This document shows positions 8,590 to 19,128 of a stretch of DNA of 64,000 bases, one piece after another. The stretch is from assembly GCA_965223855.1 (NCBI GenBank), contig CBDCXM010000008.1, positions 288,001 through 352,000 of the forward strand. Reading direction: 5' to 3'. The notes beneath the pieces were generated by a model. It made no database searches and was not told the DNA's origin. It saw only the letters and a program-made list of their open reading frames with translations. Source of the DNA: Candidatus Multivoradales bacterium. GTDB taxonomy: Bacteria > Acidobacteriota > Thermoanaerobaculia > Multivoradales > JAHEKO01. Numbering within the stretch: the first letter of the stretch is position 1; each line of letters starts with the position of its first letter. Made by a program: the position numbers and the translations under genes.

Positions 8590-8635
8590 CGCCGGGGTGC
8601 GGAGAAGATCCCTCAGGAAGACGCCACGATGCGTC

Positions 8636-9190
8636 TCAGACCGTCAGGATGTCCTTCTCTTTGTTCTCGAGCGTCTTGTTGGTTTCGCCGATGTAGTGGT
8701 CGTGGAGCTTCTGGATCTCGTCCATGCCACGGTGCTCGTCGTCCTGGCCGATTTCCTTGTCGCGCTCCATACGCTTGAGCTCTTCGTTGCCGTCGCGACG
8801 GGCGCCGCGGACCGAGTTGCGGGTCGCCTCGGCGATGTCGTGCGCCTTCTTCACCATCTCCTTGCGCCGCTCCTCGGTGAGAGGCGGGATGGGGATGCGC
8901 ACCAGCTTGCCGTCGTTCGACGGATTGAGCCCGAGGTCGGCGGTCTGGATCGCGCGCTCGAGATCGGCGATCACCGACGGGTCATACGGCTGAGCGACGA
9001 TCAGCGTCGGGTCGGGTACCGAGAGGTTGGCGACCTGATTGATCGGCGTCGGCGTGCCGTAGTAGTCGACGTGGACGTGCTCGAGGATCGCGAGCGAAGC
9101 CCTGCCGGTGCGGAGCTGCTTGAGCTCTTCGTGCAGGTGATCGACCGCCTGCTTCATCTTCTGTTCGACTTCGAGAAACAACTCCTGCAT
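8636..9190 (-). CDS. frr: Ribosome recycling factor
   Basis: LRTGRA, DYYGTPTP, IPPLTEERRKE. Confidence 0.97.
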   Translation of the reverse strand: MQELFLEVEQKMKQAVDHLHEELKQLRTGRASLAILEHVHVDYYGTPTPINQVANLSVPDPTLIVAQPYDPSVIADLERAIQTADLGLNPSNDGKLVRIPIPPLTEERRKEMVKKAHDIAEATRNSVRGARRDGNEELKRMERDKEIGQDDEHRGMDEIQKLHDHYIGETNKTLENKEKDILTV

Positions 9191-9199
9191 GGGGCCTCC

Positions 9200-9916
9200 T
9201 CAGCTCACGATGGAGCCGATCTTCTCACCACAGACGGCTCGACGCACGTTGCCGCTTTTCATCAGGTCGAAGACGACGATCGGAATGTGATTGTCCCGGC
9301 AGAGGCTGATCGCCGCCGCGTCCATCACCTTGAGGTTCTGCTCGAGGACCTGCTGGTAGCTCACATCCTCCATCTTCTCGGCCGCTTCGTCGGTCCGCGG
9401 GTCGGCGGTATAGACCCCATCGACGTTGGTCGCCTTGAAGAGCACCTCGGCGTGGATCTCGTTGGCGCGCAGGGCGGCGGCGCTGTCGGTCGTGAAGAAC
9501 GGATTGCCGGTGCCCGCGGCGAAGATCACCGTGCGACCCTTCTCGAGATGGCGAATCGCCCGACGCCGGATAAACGGCTCCGCCACCTCGCGAATGTCGA
9601 TCGCCGTCTGCACCCTCGTCGGCACGTCGCGCTTCTCGAGAGCATCCTGCAGAGCGAGGGCATTGATGACCGTCGAGAGCATCCCCATGTAGTCGCCCGT
9701 CACCCGCTCGATGCCCCGGTGGCTCGCCGCCAGACCACGGATGATGTTGCCGCCCCCGATGACGATCGCCAGTTCGACGTCGAGCTCGTTGACGACCTCG
9801 ATCTCGTCGGCGATCCGTGCCACGACCTGCTCGTCGATGCCGAACGGCTTCTCGCCCATCAGGGCTTCGCCCGAGAGCTTGAGCAGGATCCGCTCGGTAG
9901 GCGGCTTCGGACGATC
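9200..9916 (-). CDS. pyrH: UMP kinase (5' end disrupted by an apparent indel; start approximate)
   Basis: [34 protein letters not shown]; frame break near 9893. Confidence 0.93.
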   Translation of the reverse strand, partial: DRPKPPTERILLKLSGEALMGEKPFGIDEQVVARIADEIEVVNELDVELAIVIGGGNIIRGLAASHRGIERVTGDYMGMLSTVINALALQDALEKRDVPTRVQTAIDIREVAEPFIRRRAIRHLEKGRTVIFAAGTGNPFFTTDSAAALRANEIHAEVLFKATNVDGVYTADPRTDEAAEKMEDVSYQQVLEQNLKVMDAAAISLCRDNHIPIVVFDLMKSGNVRRAVCGEKIGSIVS

Positions 9917-9919
9917 GGT

Positions 9920-10586
<667 letters not shown>

Positions 10587-10691
10587 CTTCCAGCTCTCCT
10601 CTTCCGCCGCGCCGAGCGCGCGAAAGTCAGTTGTTCAAATCAGAACCTCGTGCCCGATTCGTAGGTGGGTGAAACGAAGCGATGTGGTGCT

Positions 10692-10722
10692 AAAGAAACG
10701 GCCAGCGATCGAGGCTGGCCGT
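10692..10722 (-). terminator. Intrinsic terminator/attenuator between rpsB and tsf
   Basis: 9-bp stem acggccagc/gctggccgt followed by ttcttt on the minus strand. Confidence 0.65.
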
Positions 10723-10768
10723 GGGTACTCGTCCTGGGGACCGCAGTCACGGCCCTGAAACCGGCCCG

Positions 10769-11797
10769 TCAGTTGGGCACTTCCTCCCCGTCCTCGGCCG
10801 CTGACTCTTCCGCCGGCGACTCTTCGACAGCCGCTTCCTCCGCGGCCGGCTCCTCGGCCGCCGCTTCGGCCTGGGAAGACTCGTCGCCGTCCGCCGCCGC
10901 CTCTGCAGCCGGCTCGGCGTCGTCCGAGTCGGACTCCTCCGCTGGCTCCTGCGCCGAAGCTTCCTCGCTCGCGGCCTCGGCCGGCTCGTCGGCAGCGGCG
11001 TCTTCCGAAGCCACCTCGACCTCCTCGCCCGCCTCGGCAGCGGCCTCGGCGATCGCGGCCACCGCGGCGGCGCCGGCCTCGCCGGCGTCCTTCTCGGTCT
11101 GTGCGATCGCATCCTGCAGGTTCTTGCTGCCCGCCTGATAGGCATCCGACACCGCCGCCGTGAAGAGACGGATCGTGCGAATCGCGTCGTCGTTGCCGGG
11201 GATGACGAAATCGACCTCTTCGGGGTCGCAGTTGGTGTCGACGATCGCGATCACCGGGATGCCGAGACTGTTCGCCTCGGCAATCGCGATGTGCTCGCGC
11301 TTCGGATCGACGACGAAGATGGCGTCGGGAAGATCGCCCATCTTGCGGATGCCGACGAGGTTGCGATTGATCTTCGCGTGCTCGCGCTCGAGGCGAATCT
11401 TCTCCTTCTTCGTCAGCGGGCTGTCGACGTCGGCCAGACGCTCCTCGATGTCCTCGAGCCGGTCGATCGAATTCCGGATGGTGACGAAGTTGGTGAGCAT
11501 GCCGCCCAGCCACCGATGGGTGACGTAGAACTGACCGCAACGGGTCGCCTCCTGAGAGACGACCTCCTGAGCCTGTCTCTTGGTGCCGACGAAGAGGAGC
11601 TTCTGCCCCGCCGCCCCCATCGCCTCAACGTAGGCGAGCGCCTCGTCGAGCATCTCGGCGGTCTTCTGGAGATCGATGATGTAGATGCCGTTGCGCTTGC
11701 CGAAGATGTAGCGCTTCATCTTCGGGTTCCAGCGCCGCGTCTGGTGCCCGAAGTGGACTCCCGCTTCGAGCATTTCGCGCATGGTGACCTGAGCCAA
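10769..11797 (-). CDS. rpsB: 30S ribosomal protein S2 with long acidic Ala/Glu tail
   Basis: MLEAGVHFGHQTRRWNPKM, RWLGGMLTNF, IPGNDDAIR. Confidence 0.97.
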   Translation of the reverse strand: MAQVTMREMLEAGVHFGHQTRRWNPKMKRYIFGKRNGIYIIDLQKTAEMLDEALAYVEAMGAAGQKLLFVGTKRQAQEVVSQEATRCGQFYVTHRWLGGMLTNFVTIRNSIDRLEDIEERLADVDSPLTKKEKIRLEREHAKINRNLVGIRKMGDLPDAIFVVDPKREHIAIAEANSLGIPVIAIVDTNCDPEEVDFVIPGNDDAIRTIRLFTAAVSDAYQAGSKNLQDAIAQTEKDAGEAGAAAVAAIAEAAAEAGEEVEVASEDAAADEPAEAASEEASAQEPAEESDSDDAEPAAEAAADGDESSQAEAAAEEPAAEEAAVEESPAEESAAEDGEEVPN

Positions 11798-11808
11798 GAT
11801 CGTTCTCC

Positions 11809-12201
11809 TTACCGCTTGCTGAACTGGAAGCGCGCGCGTGCGCCCTTCTGACCGTACTTCTTGCGCTCCTTGACGCGGGAGTCCCGTGTCAGGAGACCTG
11901 CCGTCTTGAGCGGCTCGCGCAGCTCCTCGTCGTAATCGAGCAGGGCGCGGGAGATCCCGTGGCGAACAGCGCCGGCCTGGCCGGTCGCACCGCCACCCTT
12001 GACCGTCACCGCGACGTCGAACCTACCGGTCGTCTCCGTGATCTCGAGCGGACGGCTCACCACCATCCGGAGCACGTTGTTGGGAAAATAGTCTTCGAGA
12101 GTGCGGCCGTTGACCGTCACCTCACCGCTGCCGGGGCGAAGGTAGACGCGCGCGGTCGCCGCCTTCCTTCTCCCCGTTCCGTAGTGCTGTACTTCGCTCA
12201 A
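11809..12201 (-). CDS. rpsI: 30S ribosomal protein S9
   Basis: YGTGRRK, ERKKYG…FQFSKR. Confidence 0.97.
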   Translation of the reverse strand: MSEVQHYGTGRRKAATARVYLRPGSGEVTVNGRTLEDYFPNNVLRMVVSRPLEITETTGRFDVAVTVKGGGATGQAGAVRHGISRALLDYDEELREPLKTAGLLTRDSRVKERKKYGQKGARARFQFSKR

Positions 12202-12215
12202 CTCGTTCTCCTCGC

Positions 12216-12650
12216 TCAGCCGACCGCCAGCTGCCGGGGCTGCTGTGCCTGATGCGGATGCTCGGGGCCGGCGTACACCTTGAGCTTGCGGATCTGCCGC
12301 CGCCCGAGCTTGTTCTTGGGAAGCATGCCCCAGACAGCCTTCTCGACCATGCGAGTCGGCTTCTTCTTCCGCATCTCCGCGGCCGTCTCCTGCTTGAGGC
12401 CGCCGGGATGGGTGCTGTGCCGGTAGTAGACCTTCCGGGTCTCCTTGCCGCCGGTCAGTACCGCCTGTTCGGCGTTGACGACGATCACGAAATCACCGGT
12501 GTCGATATGCGGCGCGTACTGCGGCTTGTGCTTGCCGGTCAGCACTCGCGCCACCTCGGTCGACAGGCGCCCGAGCGTCTTGCCGGCCGCGTCGACGACG
12601 TACCAGCTACGCTCGATCTCACCCGCCTTGGGGCTGTAAGTCCTGCTCAT
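12216..12650 (-). CDS. rplM: 50S ribosomal protein L13
   Basis: WYVVDA…[27 protein letters not shown]. Confidence 0.97.
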   Translation of the reverse strand: MSRTYSPKAGEIERSWYVVDAAGKTLGRLSTEVARVLTGKHKPQYAPHIDTGDFVIVVNAEQAVLTGGKETRKVYYRHSTHPGGLKQETAAEMRKKKPTRMVEKAVWGMLPKNKLGRRQIRKLKVYAGPEHPHQAQQPRQLAVG

Positions 12651-12731
12651 CTTGTCGTTCCTGAATTCCGATGAAGGGCCGTCTGCAGCGCGCACTTCTC
12701 AGGCGCACGCCTCGCGGCGCAAAGGACGGCG

Positions 12732-12761
12732 ATCTTACGAACGCCCGTCGGGCGGTGTCAA
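12732..12761 (-). promoter_or_regulatory. Sigma70 promoter of the rplM operon
   Basis: TTGACA-N18-TAAGAT on the minus strand. Confidence 0.75.
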
Positions 12762-12832
12762 GACACCTGATGGAATCGTGAACGTCCCCTCCTCGCCCTC
12801 GCGGCACGACCTGCCGGTACACTACGCGCCCG

Positions 12833-13591
12833 ATGGGAGAGGCGACCGGAGAGCTCGACAAGCGAGGAGCGACCATCCGCGACATGTTCGCCGGCGTCGC
12901 GCCGCGCTACGACCTGCTGAATCGGCTGATGTCGGGCCGGCTCGATGTCCGCTGGCGGCGGACCTCGGCACGGGCGCTGGCCCTTCCCGAGGGGAGCCGT
13001 GTCCTCGACCTGTGCTGCGGCACCGGCGACCAGGCACTCGCGGTCGCCGCCGAGGGGTATCGCGTCGTCGCCGCCGATTTCTGCGTTCCCATGCTGGCGC
13101 TGGCGCAGCCGAAGTACGGGCGCCGCAACGGCGACGCGCCTGCCGGCCTGGCGGGCGACACCCTGCGGCTGCCGTTCCCCGATGCGAGCTTCGACGGCGC
13201 TACCGCCTCGTTCGGGCTGCGCAACCTCGAGCAGCTCGACGCCGGGCTGCGCGAGATCGCGCGGGTCCTGAGGCCCGGCGGGCGCGTCTCCTTCCTCGAG
13301 ACCGCGATCCCGGACAACCTGCTGCGTCGACCCCATCGCTTCTACTACGGCCACGTCCTGCCGCGCCTCGGGCGGCTGCTCTCGCCGCGCGGCTCGGCCT
13401 ACGACTACCTTCGCGACTCGGTGCTGGTGTTCCCCGACCGGGAGGAGTTCGTCGACCACCTCGACCGGGCCGGTCTCGCCCACGGCCGTTGGAAGAACCT
13501 CGGCGGCGGGGCCGTGTGCCTCTACACCGCGCACAAGCGACTCCCGAGCGCGCCACCGGACGCCGATCCGCAAGGAGCCTTCACGACATGA
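12833..13591 (+). CDS. menG: Demethylmenaquinone methyltransferase (UbiE/MenG family)
   Basis: MFAGVAPRYDLLN, VLDLCCGTGD, SFGLRN, RVLRPGG. Confidence 0.88.
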   Translation: MGEATGELDKRGATIRDMFAGVAPRYDLLNRLMSGRLDVRWRRTSARALALPEGSRVLDLCCGTGDQALAVAAEGYRVVAADFCVPMLALAQPKYGRRNGDAPAGLAGDTLRLPFPDASFDGATASFGLRNLEQLDAGLREIARVLRPGGRVSFLETAIPDNLLRRPHRFYYGHVLPRLGRLLSPRGSAYDYLRDSVLVFPDREEFVDHLDRAGLAHGRWKNLGGGAVCLYTAHKRLPSAPPDADPQGAFTT

Positions 13592-14538
13592 CGACGATTC
13601 TCGACGGACGCCGGATCGGAGCTGAGATCCGGGCCGAACTGGCGGAGCAGGTCGCAGAGTGGGCTGCCGCTCAGCGCCGACCGCCCGGCCTCGCGGTCGT
13701 GCTGGTGGGCGACGACCCCGCCTCCCAGGTGTACGTCGCCAGCAAGGGGAAGGCGGCGCGCGAGGCCGGCCTCTCGGAGCAGACGATCCGTCTACCGGGG
13801 GACGCGTCCGAGCAGCAGATACGCGAAACCCTCGAAGAGCTCAACGCGGACCCGAACGTCGACGGCATCCTGGTGCAGCTCCCCCTGCCGGACGGCCTGC
13901 CCGAACGGGATCTGCTGCTGGTGATCGACCCCGACAAGGACGTCGACGGTCTCCATCCGATGAACGCCGGGCGACTGTGGTCCGGGGAAGAGGGATTCGT
14001 CCCCTGCACCCCGTTCGGCATCGTCGAGATGCTCGAGCGCAGCGCCATCGAGCTCTCGGGGCGCCACGCGGTGATCGTCGGCCGCAGCCGCCTCGTCGGC
14101 AAGCCGATGGCGGGCCTGCTGCTCGATCGCAACTGCACCGTGACGATCTGTCATTCGCGCACCGCCGACCTTGCCGCCGAATGCCGACGCGCGGACATCC
14201 TGGTGGCCGCCATCGGCCGCCCCGCCTTCTTCGGGCGCGACCACGTTCGCGAGGGAGCGGTGGTGATCGACGTCGGCATCAACCGGGTCGAGGATCGCGC
14301 GACCGTCGAACGGCTCTTCCCGGGCTCGCCGCGCAAGCTGGCCGCGTTCGACAAACGCGGTTCCGTCCTCGTGGGCGACGTCGACTACGAGCAGGTGGCG
14401 CCGGTGGCCTCCGCGATCACTCCCGTGCCGGGCGGTGTCGGGCCGCTCACGGTCACCATGCTCCTCGCCAACACCGTCCTCGCCTACCGGCGGCGTGAAG
14501 GGCTAGCCCGTCCTTCTCGCGCCGCTTCACCCTGGTAG
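13588..14538 (+). CDS. folD: Methylenetetrahydrofolate dehydrogenase/cyclohydrolase
   Basis: DDPASQVYV, GILVQLPLP, KDVDG, PCTP, TPVPGGVGP; the last residues are encoded by the repeat element. Confidence 0.96.
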   Translation: MTTILDGRRIGAEIRAELAEQVAEWAAAQRRPPGLAVVLVGDDPASQVYVASKGKAAREAGLSEQTIRLPGDASEQQIRETLEELNADPNVDGILVQLPLPDGLPERDLLLVIDPDKDVDGLHPMNAGRLWSGEEGFVPCTPFGIVEMLERSAIELSGRHAVIVGRSRLVGKPMAGLLLDRNCTVTICHSRTADLAAECRRADILVAAIGRPAFFGRDHVREGAVVIDVGINRVEDRATVERLFPGSPRKLAAFDKRGSVLVGDVDYEQVAPVASAITPVPGGVGPLTVTMLLANTVLAYRRREGLARPSRAASPW

Positions 14539-14687
14539 GCCGTATGTCACTGAATCTACTTCGTTATCCGGTCGCTCCGCTCCTCGACGTAGCTACGGCT
14601 ATGCCTGCGGTGCTCGCGACCGGAAGCCTTGAATCTCCAGCAACCTACGACCTACCAGGCCGAAACGGCGCGAGAGGGACGGGCTAG
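14503..14687. mobile_element. ~185-bp CTAG-bounded fold-back element (MITE/REP-like), copy 1 (inverted relative to copies 2 and 3)
   Basis: TIR ctagcccgtccttctcgcgccg / cggcgcgagagggacgggctag; nested stems; homologous to 44731-44915 and 59320-59503. Confidence 0.85.
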
Positions 14688-14689
14688 GG

Positions 14690-15318
14690 TGACGCCGCCC
14701 CTGATCGTCGGCCTGACCGGCGGCATCGCCAGCGGAAAGTCGACGGTCGGCCGCATGCTCGCCGAGCGCGGCTGCGAGGTGGTCGATGCCGACGAGTTGG
14801 TGGCCGCGCTCTACGCCCCCGGCGGCGAAGGGACGCGAGCCATCGCAGCGATTGCCGGTGAGGAGGCTCTCGACGCCGACGGCGGCGTCGATCACGCCGC
14901 ACTCGCCTCCCGCTTCTTCGCCGACACGGCGCTACGGCGGGAGATCGAAGCCGCGGTGCACCCGCTCGTGCGCAAAGCGTTCGAACGCATCGTCGCTGCA
15001 AGCGAGGCAGAGATCGTCGTGCTCGAGGCGACGCTCCTCGTCGAGGCGGGCTACGACGAAGTGCTCGACTCGATCGTCACCGTGGAGGCCGACGAAGAAC
15101 TGCGACTGCGCCGGGCGGTGGCGCGCGGGCTCAGCGAGGAGCAGGCGCGAGCGCGTCTCGAAGCGCAGGGCGACGGCAAGGTTAGGCGCGCCGGCGCCGA
15201 CCACCGGATCGACAACGACAGCACGCTCGACGACCTGGAAGCGGCGGTCGATGCGCTGCTCCTCGAATGGCGCGAGCTGCTCCCTCCGACCCCGATGGGA
15301 GACCCGAGCCAGGGATGA
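14690..15318 (+). CDS. coaE: Dephospho-CoA kinase
   Basis: VGLTGGIASGKST, DADEL, LEATLLVE; GTG start chosen after the repeat. Confidence 0.93.
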
Positions 15319-15875
15319 GCGTCTCCGGGCCATCCAGGCTCGCCTTCGTGACCGGCAATCCCGGCAAGCTTCGGGAGGCCGAGCGGCTGGCCGAGCGGCC
15401 GCTCGAGGCGGTCGCAGTCGATCTCCCGGAAATCCAGTCGCTCGACATCGCAGAGGTGCTGGCCGCCAAGGCCGACGAAGCCTCGCGGCACGTCGACACC
15501 GCGTTCGTCGTCGAGGAGACCGGTCTCGAGCTCGAGGCGCTCAACGGCTTCCCGGGCGCGCTCGTCAAGTGGATGCTCGACGCCATCGGGCCCGAGGGCA
15601 TCGCCCAGGTCGCCATCGATCGCGGCAACGCATCCGTCCGTGCCCGCTGCCGACTGCTCTACCGCGACGAGCACGGCGAGATCGAGGCCGAGGGAGTCAA
15701 CGAGGGCACCCTGGTACTGCCGGCGCGGGGTGAGCGGGGCTTCGGATGGGACCCTGTCTTCCAGCCGGACGGAAAGAACGAGACCTACGGCGAACTCTCC
15801 GACGACGACAAGGACCGCATCGGCCATCGCGGCCGCGCGTGGCGCTCGCTACTGGCGCAGCTGGCCTCCCGCTAG
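15315..15875 (+). CDS. rdgB: Non-canonical purine NTP pyrophosphatase (Ham1/RdgB family)
   Basis: FVTGNPGK, LPEIQ, LNGFPG, GFGWDPVF, HR. Confidence 0.9.
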   Translation: MSVSGPSRLAFVTGNPGKLREAERLAERPLEAVAVDLPEIQSLDIAEVLAAKADEASRHVDTAFVVEETGLELEALNGFPGALVKWMLDAIGPEGIAQVAIDRGNASVRARCRLLYRDEHGEIEAEGVNEGTLVLPARGERGFGWDPVFQPDGKNETYGELSDDDKDRIGHRGRAWRSLLAQLASR

Positions 15876-15893
15876 CTTCGGGGGCCAGGTCCC

Positions 15894-16430
15894 TCAGTCG
15901 AAGAGCCGGGCCAGCAGGTCGGCCGGCTCGGCGGCGATCGCCAGACGTCGGCCGGTTCCGGCCTTCACGAAGCCGTCGCTCACCGCACGATCGACGAACG
16001 CGGCCATCGTGTCGTAGTAGCCGTCGACGTTGAGGAGGCCGCAGGGGCGGTCGTGAAGGCCGAGCCCCTGCCAGGTGATCGCCTCGAACAGCTCGTCGAG
16101 CGTCCCGACGCCGCCCGGGAGGGCGACGAAGGCATGCGAGAGGTCGATCATCTTCGCCTTGCGCTCGTGCATGTCGGCGACGACGTGGAGTTCGCTCAGC
16201 TCCTGATGGGCCAGCTCGCGATCGACCATGAATCCCGGGATCACCCCGATCGCCTCGCCGCCGGCGGCCAGGATCTCGTCCGCCATCACCCCCATCAGCC
16301 CGACGCTGCCGCCGCCGTTCACCAACGCCAGTCCGCGCGCCGCCATCTCGCGGGCGAGCAGACGCGCCGCATCGGCGTAGATCGGACGGGCGCCGACGTG
16401 GCTGCCGCAGTAGACGCAGACTCGCTTCAA
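15894..16430 (-). CDS. LOG-family nucleotide phosphoribohydrolase (TIGR00730)
   Basis: VCVYCGS, GGGSVGLMG, MHERK, LPGGVGTLDE. Confidence 0.92.
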   Translation of the reverse strand: MKRVCVYCGSHVGARPIYADAARLLAREMAARGLALVNGGGSVGLMGVMADEILAAGGEAIGVIPGFMVDRELAHQELSELHVVADMHERKAKMIDLSHAFVALPGGVGTLDELFEAITWQGLGLHDRPCGLLNVDGYYDTMAAFVDRAVSDGFVKAGTGRRLAIAAEPADLLARLFD

Positions 16431-16459
16431 GAGTCGCCCTTCACAGAGTCGGCTTCCAC

Positions 16460-17407
16460 TTATCGGCTCGAGGCGGAGAGATCCAGGCCCCCCATCAGCC
16501 ACAACATGATCGCCTTCTGGGCGTGGAGCCGGTTCTCCGCCTCGTCGAAGATGCGGCTCTGCGCTCCGTCGGCGACCTCGGCCGAGACTTCTTCACCGCG
16601 GTGGGCGGGCAGGCAGTGGAGGAAGATCGCATCGTCCGCAGCGCGCTCCATCAGCGCTCGATCCACCTGGAACCCGGCGAAGGCACGCAGCCGCTGGGCC
16701 GACTCGTCCTCCTGCCCCATCGACGCCCAGACGTCGGTGTAGACGCAGCTCGCACCCTCCGCAGCTTGGGCGGGATCGTGCGTCAGTGTGACCGTCGCTC
16801 CCGTCGCGGCGGCGTCTTCACGTGCGAGCGCGGCGTAGCGCTCGTCGACCTGATACCCCTCCGGTGCCGCGATCGCGACGTCCATCCCCGCCTTGGCGGC
16901 GCCGAAGAGCAGGGAGTGCGCCATGTTGTTGCCGTCGCCGACGTAGGCGAGCTTGCGGCCCGCCAGGTCGTCGCCGAATTCCTCCACCAGAGTGAGGAAG
17001 TCGGCCATCACCTGGCAGGGATGCAGGTCGTCGGTGAGGCCGTTGATCACCGGGATCGAGCCGTAGCGGGCGAGATCGAGCACGTCCTGATGGGCGAAGG
17101 TGCGCGCCATGATGCCGTCGAGATAGCGCGACAGCACCTGTGCCGTGTCGGAGATGGTCTCTCCCCGACCGAGCTGAATGTCGCGGCTCGACAGGAAGAG
17201 CGCATGACCGCCGAGCTGCAGCGTGCCGACCTCGAAGCTCACCCGGGTGCGGGTCGAGGACTTCTGGAAGATCATCCCGAGCGTCCGGCCGGCGAGTGCC
17301 GTGGACCAGGCACCGGGGTCGGCTTTCACCCGCCGCCCGAGGTCGAGCAGGCCGCGGAACTCGTCGCCGGTCAGGTCGTGAATCGAGAGAAAGTCGCGCT
17401 TCGACAT
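16460..17407 (-). CDS. argF: Ornithine carbamoyltransferase (ArgF/ArcB)
   Basis: STRTR, HPCQ, DVWASMGQE, HCLP. Confidence 0.95.
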   Translation of the reverse strand: MSKRDFLSIHDLTGDEFRGLLDLGRRVKADPGAWSTALAGRTLGMIFQKSSTRTRVSFEVGTLQLGGHALFLSSRDIQLGRGETISDTAQVLSRYLDGIMARTFAHQDVLDLARYGSIPVINGLTDDLHPCQVMADFLTLVEEFGDDLAGRKLAYVGDGNNMAHSLLFGAAKAGMDVAIAAPEGYQVDERYAALAREDAAATGATVTLTHDPAQAAEGASCVYTDVWASMGQEDESAQRLRAFAGFQVDRALMERAADDAIFLHCLPAHRGEEVSAEVADGAQSRIFDEAENRLHAQKAIMLWLMGGLDLSASSR

Positions 17408-17465
17408 CGAGAGGGCTCCTGGGGAATCGGATCAGGCGAAACGAGCACTCAAGCTCGAGGAGGGG

Positions 17466-18734
17466 CTAGAGCGGCTCGCGCTCGAGAGGCATCGTCATGC
17501 AACGCGGCCCGCCGCGGGCACGCGACAACTCGTGACCGAGAAACGTGACGACCGTCCGGCCCTGGTCGACGATCGGCTCGCCGGCGAGCACGTCGTGCTC
17601 GGTGAGCACCCGCCAACCGCGTCGCCTGAGCTCGGCGACCGTCTGCCGATTCCTCTGATAGAGGATCACCACCCCCGGCTCGAGCGCGAAAGCGTTGGCG
17701 CCATCGGTCCACTGCTCGCGCTCCTGGTCGATCCGGTCGTCGCCGCCACACGGGATGATCTCGACCTCGATGCCGACCTCGGCCAGCGCCGCCACCACCG
17801 ACTCACAGATCCGGAACGACAGCTTCTCGGCGTTGAGATCGATGATCGAGGCATGAGCCGACTGCGCCCGGCCCGGCTGGGTCACCGGCAGATGCGCCAG
17901 GCAGGTGCCGTGGTCGGCGAAGGTGAAGACGGTGTCGAGATGCATGTACGAGCGCTTGCTCGGCAGCTCGACGACGATCAGGTTCTCGAAGGTGCTCTGC
18001 TCTCCCGACAGCTTCGCCGCCAACGCCTCGATGCCGCGCCGGTTGGTGCGCTCGGAGAGCCCTACCATCAGCACCCGTTCGCTCGGCACCAGCACATCTC
18101 CCCCCTCGACCGTCGGCAGCATCGCCTCCGGGTCGTGGTCGGGGCCGCCGAACACCGGGCGCTCGAGCATCGCCGGCGGGCGGGCGCCGGCGAGTGCCGG
18201 ATGGTTGTGGAAGATCAGCCGCGCGAGCATCGGCTCGCGTTCGCGCGCCTCGGTCGCCATCGACGAGATCACCACGCGGTCTCCCAGCACGAACTGCGGG
18301 TCACGCTGGAAGAAGTAGTTCGGCAGCGGCTGCATGAAGAAGAAGTGCCGCTGCTTCTCCTCCGTCGTGCTGGCGGTGCGCAGGCCGACGATGAGATGGG
18401 CCGCGAGTTCGGCCGGAGAGGCATCCGAGAGCTTGCGGACCATGTCCGCCGGCAGCCGATAGCGGCGTTCGAGCCGGTCGATCGAATCGCGAGCGAGATC
18501 CCGGTCCTCCAGCACCTCGACGAGGAGATCCTCAGCCTCCAGCACCTCCACGCCGGCGCGTTCGATGACATTGCGGAACATGTCGTGCTCCGAGCGCGCT
18601 CCGCGCCCGTAGAGGATGTCGTCGAAGAGCAGCGTCTCCATCAGGTCCGGGATCATCGAATCGATCTCTGGACCGGGGTGATGCAGGAGCACCCGTTTGA
18701 GGCGGCCGATCTCGGAGTTCACCTGGAGGGTCAT
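17466..18734 (-). CDS. arcA: Arginine deiminase
   Basis: SEIGRLKRVLLH, LLFDDI, FQRD, EGGD, MHLDT, RGGPRCM. Confidence 0.93.
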   Translation of the reverse strand: MTLQVNSEIGRLKRVLLHHPGPEIDSMIPDLMETLLFDDILYGRGARSEHDMFRNVIERAGVEVLEAEDLLVEVLEDRDLARDSIDRLERRYRLPADMVRKLSDASPAELAAHLIVGLRTASTTEEKQRHFFFMQPLPNYFFQRDPQFVLGDRVVISSMATEAREREPMLARLIFHNHPALAGARPPAMLERPVFGGPDHDPEAMLPTVEGGDVLVPSERVLMVGLSERTNRRGIEALAAKLSGEQSTFENLIVVELPSKRSYMHLDTVFTFADHGTCLAHLPVTQPGRAQSAHASIIDLNAEKLSFRICESVVAALAEVGIEVEIIPCGGDDRIDQEREQWTDGANAFALEPGVVILYQRNRQTVAELRRRGWRVLTEHDVLAGEPIVDQGRTVVTFLGHELSRARGGPRCMTMPLEREPL

Positions 18735-19128
18735 CGAGGCAGGACACTATCCGATCCAAAGGGGGTACTGCGACCGTACCGCCGGGTTCCACCGAGGCGT
18801 CGGCCGGGGGCCATCCCGGAAACAGGCAACGAGGCCTCGAGGCAGCCCGTGGCGGAGTTCGTGCGTCCACGACGACCAGACCGGGGCCGAGCCGCCCATC
18901 GTCGAAGCGAACGGCTTCCGGTACGGCAACCACAGCCGTGAGCGAACTTCCCGGGCACGAACCACCTCCGCTTCCTGCGAAAGCACGATGGCCCGCCCTC
19001 GGAGCGAAGATGGGCCTTCCCCGTCCCACCTGGAAGAGCGATGGTCCGGTCTTCCGCACCGACTCGCCCTTCGCTCGGTAGGCGTCCTCGCCTGCGTCCG
19101 CGGAACCCCCGTCCGTATACTCCACACC

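Noticed and set aside
14629-14689. N-terminal extension of CoaE in the ORF track
   Set aside because: It lies wholly inside the repeat element; homology begins at the GTG at 14690
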